Shown here: positions 58,341 through 64,000 of the stretch, one piece after another
How positions within the stretch are numbered: position 1 is the first letter of the stretch
Layout of the letters: every line of letters begins with the position of its first letter
NCBI GenBank assembly: GCA_963790475.1
Contig: CAWBOS010000012.1
Coordinates: forward strand, 288,001 to 352,000
Reading direction: 5' to 3'
DNA: 64,000 nt
Source of the DNA: an uncultured delta proteobacterium
GTDB lineage: Bacteria > Desulfobacterota > RBG-13-43-22
Program-made: the position numbers and the translations under genes
The notes under the pieces: model-generated
Told to the model about the DNA's origin: nothing
Databases searched by the model: none
What the model saw: only the letters and a program-made list of their open reading frames with translations

Positions 58341-58769
58341 CTACAACTCTGAAGTACAATGGGGACACCGGGTGGCCTTGATCGGAATCACCGAAAAACA
58401 ATGAGAGCAATCTTTGGTGGTCGGCACGGCCGGTTCCGGTTCCTTTTTAAGCTTGTTGATTTGACGGATCATCATGAAGATGACAAAGGCCACGATTAAA
58501 AAATCAATGACGGTATTGAGAAAAAGGCCATAGTTAACGGTTACTACCCCGGCTTTTTTGGCATCGGCCAGGGTGGCAAAAGATTGGCTGGAAAGGGTGA
58601 TAAAAAGGTTGTTAAAATCCACCTTGCCCAAAATCAGCCCGATGGGAGGCATCAACACATCACTGACAAAAGAGGTGATAATCTTACCAAAGGCCGCTCC
58701 GATAATGATACCCACGGCCATGTCCATCACATTTCCCCGCATGGCAAATTCCTTAAATTCTTTCCACAT
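58341..58769 (-). CDS. mscL: Large-conductance mechanosensitive channel with C-terminal zinc-ribbon-like tail
   Basis: [43 protein letters not shown]; C-terminal CSHC...CPHC. Confidence 0.95.
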   Translation of the reverse strand: MWKEFKEFAMRGNVMDMAVGIIIGAAFGKIITSFVSDVLMPPIGLILGKVDFNNLFITLSSQSFATLADAKKAGVVTVNYGLFLNTVIDFLIVAFVIFMMIRQINKLKKEPEPAVPTTKDCSHCFSVIPIKATRCPHCTSEL

Positions 58770-58830
58770 GTTCGATCCTCCTTTTTTTAAGGTTTACTGC
58801 TCGGGTTCTATGACGGTAAAGTTGACCGGT

Positions 58831-59064
58831 TTATTTTCCGTCAAAAAGTTCTTTGAGGACGATATTCACCTGGTCCCAGGTCATCAAATCTTTTTCAAAG
58901 AGGATAGTGCCGATCAGCCGATGCTCCCTTCCGTTCAAGTCATCATCCAACTGCTCCATAAAGGCGTCTTTGATCTGATCCTTGGAAACAAATCCTTTTT
59001 TGACGGCAATCGTTCCGAAACGACGGCACAGCTTTGATACTTCTTTTTCAAACTTCGATTTCAT
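58831..59064 (-). CDS. Small stand-alone MshEN-like protein
   Basis: RFGTIAVKKGFVSKDQIKDAFMEQ and RLIGTILFEKDLMTWDQVNIVL resemble tandem RLGxxLxxxGxxxxxQLxxALxxQ repeats; AAGGAG RBS. Confidence 0.6.
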   Translation of the reverse strand: MKSKFEKEVSKLCRRFGTIAVKKGFVSKDQIKDAFMEQLDDDLNGREHRLIGTILFEKDLMTWDQVNIVLKELFDGK

Positions 59065-59126
59065 ATGAAGGAATCTCCTTTCCGCAGAGGTGATTGAAAC
59101 CTGCGGTAATATACCACCCTTTTTTG

Positions 59127-59675
59127 TTAAATCAACCCGGGGATAAACATCTTGGTGCCCTTTAAATAACGGGAATATTCTTCACCGAATCTGGCCAGGT
59201 TTTCCTTTTCTTCCGCCTTGGCTGTGGCTATCAGAAAAGCGGTTATGAACAGGGCTAAGGACACACTCAGTAAAGTTCTTTGTTTAAAAAAAATTCCCCA
59301 ATCGAACAATAACAAAGAAGTGTATAGAGGATGACGGATATAGTTGTAGGCTCCAATGGTCACTAAATTAGCCGTGTTTTCAAATCCAAGATCGGAGGAG
59401 CCTTGAACCGCGCCCCGGGGTTTCCCGATCACCCGGAGGAGATAAAACCCATGGATGACCAGAATAAGAGAGGCCGACAACAAGACCCATGAAATCAATT
59501 GATAAAGGGAAAAAGGATCTTGGATCCAATAGTCAATGTTGCCCAATAAAAGGATCAGTAGCAGCTCAAAGGCAAAAAAACGGTAAAACCCGTGGGAGCG
59601 GGGCCTGGGCAATGATTTCCAGGAAATAAAAATGATGCCCAAAGAAACAACTATAAAAACGATCCATTTGCGCAT
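59127..59675 (-). CDS. Isoprenylcysteine carboxyl methyltransferase (ICMT/PEMT) family membrane protein
   Basis: LVTIGAYNYIRHPLY, EE..L..FGEEY..Y motifs. Confidence 0.85.
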   Translation of the reverse strand: MRKWIVFIVVSLGIIFISWKSLPRPRSHGFYRFFAFELLLILLLGNIDYWIQDPFSLYQLISWVLLSASLILVIHGFYLLRVIGKPRGAVQGSSDLGFENTANLVTIGAYNYIRHPLYTSLLLFDWGIFFKQRTLLSVSLALFITAFLIATAKAEEKENLARFGEEYSRYLKGTKMFIPGLI

Positions 59676-59770
59676 GATCGGCTCGCCCTTCCTCCGTAAC
59701 ACCTATCAGCCTGAATAGTCGCCCGGCGAATAACGCTCATCCTGACTCAAAACAAATGGTTCAGGTCAAT

Positions 59771-61105
59771 CTATTTAACTATCTTTTGTAATTTTAATCC
59801 TTCGATTTTATCGTCTGTGTATCCGAGCATTTTTAGAATTTCGACGGTGTTTTCCCCCAAGGCCGGGGCCCCCTTGGTGGGCTTGATGGGGGTTTTGGTA
59901 AATTTAATAGGATGGCCCATCATTTTGTAGGGGCCGGAAACCGGGTTTTCAAGGGACCAGACCATGTTTTGATCGATGGCATGGGGGTCATGATACAGGG
60001 TGACGCCGTAATTGACCGGACCGCAGGGAACACCGGCCCCTTCCAGGGTTTGAATCCATTCGTTGGTGGGTTTCTCACCCAGAATGTCTTCCATCTTTTT
60101 CATGACTTCTTTTTGATAGAAGTAGGTTTCATCATTGCCATTGCCTAAATCGAGATAGGCATACTGATCTTCAATACCTAACACTTCGCAGGTCCAAATG
60201 CGTTGTTTGGCGGTCAAGGCGGCGATACTCATGTACCCGTCTTTGGTCTGATAGATGCGGTAATAAGGGTATACCTGGCGATCCGAAGGCCTGTGGTTAC
60301 AATCCGGCACTTCTACATCCCTGGTTGATCCGGGTTGTTCGTTGCGCAACCGCAAAATAGAAAATTTATCGATGACCTGGGTATGCCGCATGTTATTATC
60401 ATGGGCGGTTCTGAGCACCTCGAGCATTTCTTTGTGCATGTCACTATCGAGTTTGTCGATTTGGATAAAACCGGGTGCCTGAAGGGCCATGCCGGTATTA
60501 AAAAGAGAGGTTTCGATTTTTTGGCCGATACCGGTCTGGGTCCGGTAGTAAAGGGCAGAAACCGCGCTCATGGCATTTAACATGGCGGTACCGATATCAA
60601 TATAGGGACTTCCTCCGGGCCCCCTGGGGTTGCCATCCTCATCGGCATACCCGGCCATGATACCGGAGGCGGCATGGGCGATGATATCAAAACCTTTTCT
60701 GAATTTATATGGACCGCTTTCGCCAAAAGCCGTACTGGACACAAAAATAATCTTGTCGTTGATTTTAGAAAAGGCTTCATAGTCAATCCCCAATTTTTTG
60801 GCAACACCGGGTGCATAATTTTGAATGACGATATCCGCTTTTTTTACCAGGTCATAGACAATTTTCTTACCTTCTTCACTTTTTAAGTCGACGCACAACC
60901 CTTTTTTGCCGCGGTTTAAGGTCAGGGACATCCGGGTATTTCCTCGATATCTTTTGGCATTCCCCATGCGTCGTTCTTCCGCGCCTTCGGGGGGTTCGAT
61001 CTTAATAACTTCCGCTCCCATGTCCGCCAAAAACAAACCGGCATAAGGGCCGGCAATCCAATGGGTAAAATCCAAAACTAAGATGCCCTCTAACAATGAT
61101 TTCAT
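59771..61105 (-). CDS. Class III CoA-transferase (CaiB/BaiF family)
   Basis: LEGILVLDFTHWIAGP, NRGKK, PYIDIGTA (catalytic-position Asp), APALGENT. Confidence 0.92.
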   Translation of the reverse strand: MKSLLEGILVLDFTHWIAGPYAGLFLADMGAEVIKIEPPEGAEERRMGNAKRYRGNTRMSLTLNRGKKGLCVDLKSEEGKKIVYDLVKKADIVIQNYAPGVAKKLGIDYEAFSKINDKIIFVSSTAFGESGPYKFRKGFDIIAHAASGIMAGYADEDGNPRGPGGSPYIDIGTAMLNAMSAVSALYYRTQTGIGQKIETSLFNTGMALQAPGFIQIDKLDSDMHKEMLEVLRTAHDNNMRHTQVIDKFSILRLRNEQPGSTRDVEVPDCNHRPSDRQVYPYYRIYQTKDGYMSIAALTAKQRIWTCEVLGIEDQYAYLDLGNGNDETYFYQKEVMKKMEDILGEKPTNEWIQTLEGAGVPCGPVNYGVTLYHDPHAIDQNMVWSLENPVSGPYKMMGHPIKFTKTPIKPTKGAPALGENTVEILKMLGYTDDKIEGLKLQKIVK

Positions 61106-61459
61106 CTATGATTCTCCTATTTTTATTAAGGCGCTCAGCTCAAATTGAAAGACCTATTTAATTTCCAAATTGTGAAACTATACCAAAATATTGAGTCATT
61201 ATACAAGTTATTTTCTGCCTTTTGGGATGTGCCACCTTCTTGCGGTGTCAGAAGTCATTGTCAGGGAAAACCTGGTAAGATGCCCCCAAATTCCCTGAAG
61301 TCGTGAGAAGGGCGGAGGATGATGGGGGGAAGGCAATACCTTTCTTATTGGTTAAATAAAAATGATCAATTGGCTCTTTTAGGGAACCATGGTAGGATGT
61401 ACCATAATAAAAAATTAGAAATCGAGTAACAGCTCAGGAGTTTGAAAAAATATTTTTTC

Positions 61460-61488
61460 TTTGCGCCCTCTGCGGCTCCGCGGTGGAA
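61460..61488. repeat. Solo right arm of a family B element
   Basis: CTTTGCGCCCTCTGCGGCTCCGCGGTGG matches the right termini at 30394-30422 and 43032-43060. Confidence 0.55.
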
Positions 61489-61574
61489 ATATTTATTTCA
61501 AAGAGCTAAACTGATACGAAATTAAGTGGTCGGCTGAAACGACCAAAAGACGAAAGCAAAAGGGAAGGAACACG

Positions 61575-63710
61575 ATGGAAATCAAGGATGGCCATTATAT
61601 CTCTACCTGCGGTCTTGACTGCGGATCCCGCTGTCTTCTCAAGGTTCAGGTAGAGGGAGGAAAGGTAAAAAAGATTACCACCGATGACCAACCGGGGCCC
61701 GGCCTGAAGGCCTGTGCCAGGGGACTCTCCCAGCGGGAAGTCCTGTACGCCGAAGACCGCCTGAGATTTCCGATGAAGAGGGTGGGGGAGAGGGGCAGCG
61801 GCCGGTTCGAAGCCATATCCTGGGAAGAAGCCCTCGATCAAATCGCCAAAGAACTTCGAAGGGTCAAGGATCAACATGGGCCCGATTCCGTTTTGTTTTT
61901 AGGCCATTCCGGTTCTTCGGGCGCCCTGCACAGCACCGGGACACGTACCGGAACCGGACGCCGCTTCTTTTCCCTCTTCGGCGGGAGCACCGCTACCTGG
62001 GGCAATACCTCTCTGGAAGGGGGACTTTTTTCCTCCCAGATGACCTTCGGGACGCCCTATAACAAGAATTCCCGGGATAACCTTCTTCACTCTAAATTGA
62101 TCATCCTCTGGGGATGGAACCCCCTGGAGACGCGCTTCGGCCCGGATACGGTCCATTACCTCGATCAGGCCAAGAAGAATGGAACCCCCTTTATTTGTGT
62201 GGACCCCCGTCTTAATCCCACCGGCCGACATCTGGCTGCGCAATGGATTCCCATCCGCCCGGCCACAGATACGGCCATGCTCATCGCCATGGCCTATGTC
62301 CTGATCGAAGAAGACCTCTATGATCACCAGTTTGTTGAAAAATACACCTCCGGCTTTGATTGGTTTGAGGAATATGTTATGGGAGGTGAAGACAATCAGC
62401 CCAAGACGCCCGACTGGGCCGAAAAACGGACCGGGGTCCCTTCCGACACCATTGTCCAGCTGGCACGTGATTATGCCCTTCAAAAACCAGCCGCCCTCAT
62501 TACGGGATGGGCACCGGGACGAACGGCTTACGGGGAACAGTTTCACCGGGCCGCCTCCGTTCTGGCGGCCCTGACCGGCAACATCGGAATAAAAGGGGGA
62601 CATGTAGCCGGAGGAACCGACGCCATGACCGTGGGATATCTACCCGGTCTGCCAAAGCCCAAAACCCATTTTCCCCTGGTCCATGTCTCCGATCTATACG
62701 ACCTTCTTCTCCGGGGCAAAGCAGGCGGATTTCCCGGCGACATCAAGGTGCTTTATATTTTGGGCTGCAATCTCTTAAACCAGTGGTTGAATATCAATAA
62801 GGGGGTTAAGGCCCTGGGAAGGCCGGAACTGATTGTCGTTCACGAACTTTTCATGACGCCTACGGCACGCTTTGCCGACCTGGTACTTCCCGTAGCCCAT
62901 TTCCTGGAGAGGCAGGATATCGGCCAACCCTGGGGTGGCGGGCCGTACAATATTATCATGGAAAAGGCCGTGGCCCCCCTGCCTCAGGTGAAGTCCGATC
63001 TGGATATCTTCACCGAACTGGCCTTTCGTTTGGGCATCAAAGGATACAATGATAAAACGGAGGATGAATGGCTCCAGGAATTTTTCTCCGCCGTCCCAGG
63101 CCTCCCGGATTATACCCAATTAAAAGACAAAAAGGTCTATCACTACCGGATTCAGGAACCCTGGGTAGCTTTTCAGAAAGAGGTTGAAGATCCGGCCAAC
63201 CACCCCTTCCCGACCCCATCCGGGAAGATCGAAATTTACAGCCAAAAGATGGCCGAAATGGGTGATCCTTTGATCCCGCCCGTACCCAAATATATTGCGC
63301 CTTGGGAAGGGCCTCAGGATCCCTTGACGAAAGACTTTCCCTTCCAGTTGGTAAGTCCTCATTCCAGAGGAAGGATCAACTCTTCGCTGGACAACATCCC
63401 CCGCCTTAAAGCTTTGGCCGATGATGACCTGTGGCTCAACCCAATGGATGCGGCCGGGCTTGGGGTTCAATCGGGAGAAGAAGTCTGCGTGTATAACGAG
63501 CGGGGAAAAATGATTCGGAAAGTCAAGGTGACGGACCGGATCATGCCCGGGGTGGTGAGCCTGGATGCCGGGGCCTGGTACAGTCCCGATGAACAGGGAA
63601 TAGATCAGGGCGGTTGCGTCAATGTCCTTACGATAGATAAAAAATCACCGGCAGGGGACTTTCCCTGCAACAGTTGTCTCGTTCAAGTGAGCGGTAAAAG
63701 AAAGGAGTGA
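61575..63710 (+). CDS. Molybdopterin (bis-PGD) oxidoreductase catalytic subunit, DmsA-like, no Tat signal
   Basis: STCGLDCGSRC...C Fe-S motif, RLRFPMKRVGERG, PIRPATD, FADLVLP, PTPSGKIE, WLNPMDA. Confidence 0.9.
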   Translation: MEIKDGHYISTCGLDCGSRCLLKVQVEGGKVKKITTDDQPGPGLKACARGLSQREVLYAEDRLRFPMKRVGERGSGRFEAISWEEALDQIAKELRRVKDQHGPDSVLFLGHSGSSGALHSTGTRTGTGRRFFSLFGGSTATWGNTSLEGGLFSSQMTFGTPYNKNSRDNLLHSKLIILWGWNPLETRFGPDTVHYLDQAKKNGTPFICVDPRLNPTGRHLAAQWIPIRPATDTAMLIAMAYVLIEEDLYDHQFVEKYTSGFDWFEEYVMGGEDNQPKTPDWAEKRTGVPSDTIVQLARDYALQKPAALITGWAPGRTAYGEQFHRAASVLAALTGNIGIKGGHVAGGTDAMTVGYLPGLPKPKTHFPLVHVSDLYDLLLRGKAGGFPGDIKVLYILGCNLLNQWLNINKGVKALGRPELIVVHELFMTPTARFADLVLPVAHFLERQDIGQPWGGGPYNIIMEKAVAPLPQVKSDLDIFTELAFRLGIKGYNDKTEDEWLQEFFSAVPGLPDYTQLKDKKVYHYRIQEPWVAFQKEVEDPANHPFPTPSGKIEIYSQKMAEMGDPLIPPVPKYIAPWEGPQDPLTKDFPFQLVSPHSRGRINSSLDNIPRLKALADDDLWLNPMDAAGLGVQSGEEVCVYNERGKMIRKVKVTDRIMPGVVSLDAGAWYSPDEQGIDQGGCVNVLTIDKKSPAGDFPCNSCLVQVSGKRKE

Positions 63711-63781
63711 CATTCGAGTAAAATAAGGAACGTGCCGCCTTTTTCTTTTAGGCCAATGCATAGTCGGCTTCTTATAGTCTC

Positions 63782-64000
63782 TTATTGTTTTGAAGAAGTT
63801 ATAAGCTCTTTAATAAAATTGCGTTTGCTATGAATTAATGTGAGAACTTCGATCTTATCGGGAAATATTTCATAAATTAGACGGAATGAGTAAATGAATA
63901 ACTCTCTGATGTTGGGGTCTTCTATTTCGGGTACAATTCGTCCCGCCTTTGGGAAGGAATTTAATGTTTCAGTTTTTTCAATGATTTCCAATGAAACTTT
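63782..64000 (-). CDS. RelE/ParE-family toxin, 5'-truncated by the window edge
   Basis: L..FPKAGRIVPE...IRELFIYSFRLIYEI....EVLTLIHSKR. Confidence 0.8.
   Translation of the reverse strand, partial: KVSLEIIEKTETLNSFPKAGRIVPEIEDPNIRELFIYSFRLIYEIFPDKIEVLTLIHSKRNFIKELITSSKQ

Overview
64 kb of chromosome from what is probably an anaerobic deltaproteobacterium (Desulfobacterota-like; inferred from gene content and repeat style). It is dominated by CoA-dependent catabolic genes: five class III CoA-transferase domains, two heteromeric-type acyl-CoA dehydrogenase pairs, three crotonases, a TPP-dependent acyl-CoA lyase-like enzyme with two uncharacterised Fe-S/Cys partners, and a TetR regulator. It also holds a complete trp operon (fused trpE(G), D, C, F, B, A) with a 4-Trp leader peptide attenuator, ilvC, a fur-feoB-Cys protein-DtxR iron operon with a Fur box, BrnTA and RelE-type toxin genes, mscL, an orphan molybdopterin oxidoreductase, and a truncated, frameshifted STAND-like ATPase at the left edge. 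The most unusual feature is a ~1.96 kb insertion in the trp operon (28021-29979). It is bounded by a CTTAGG direct repeat and subterminal hairpins, carries an internal promoter and a strongly base-paired ~165-nt leader, and encodes a 550-aa protein with Rep_trans-like (Y-x-K...R-x-E) rather than DDE or HUH motifs. This makes it a candidate unclassified rolling-circle-type insertion element. A second candidate novelty is a shared hairpin-plus-terminator leader RNA upstream of two unrelated catabolic operons. Intergenic DNA carries at least three families of dispersed palindromic or heptamer repeats. Several genes have small indels, probably assembly errors. No rRNA, tRNA or CRISPR array was recognised. 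All family assignments are from motif recognition by eye; no searches were run.
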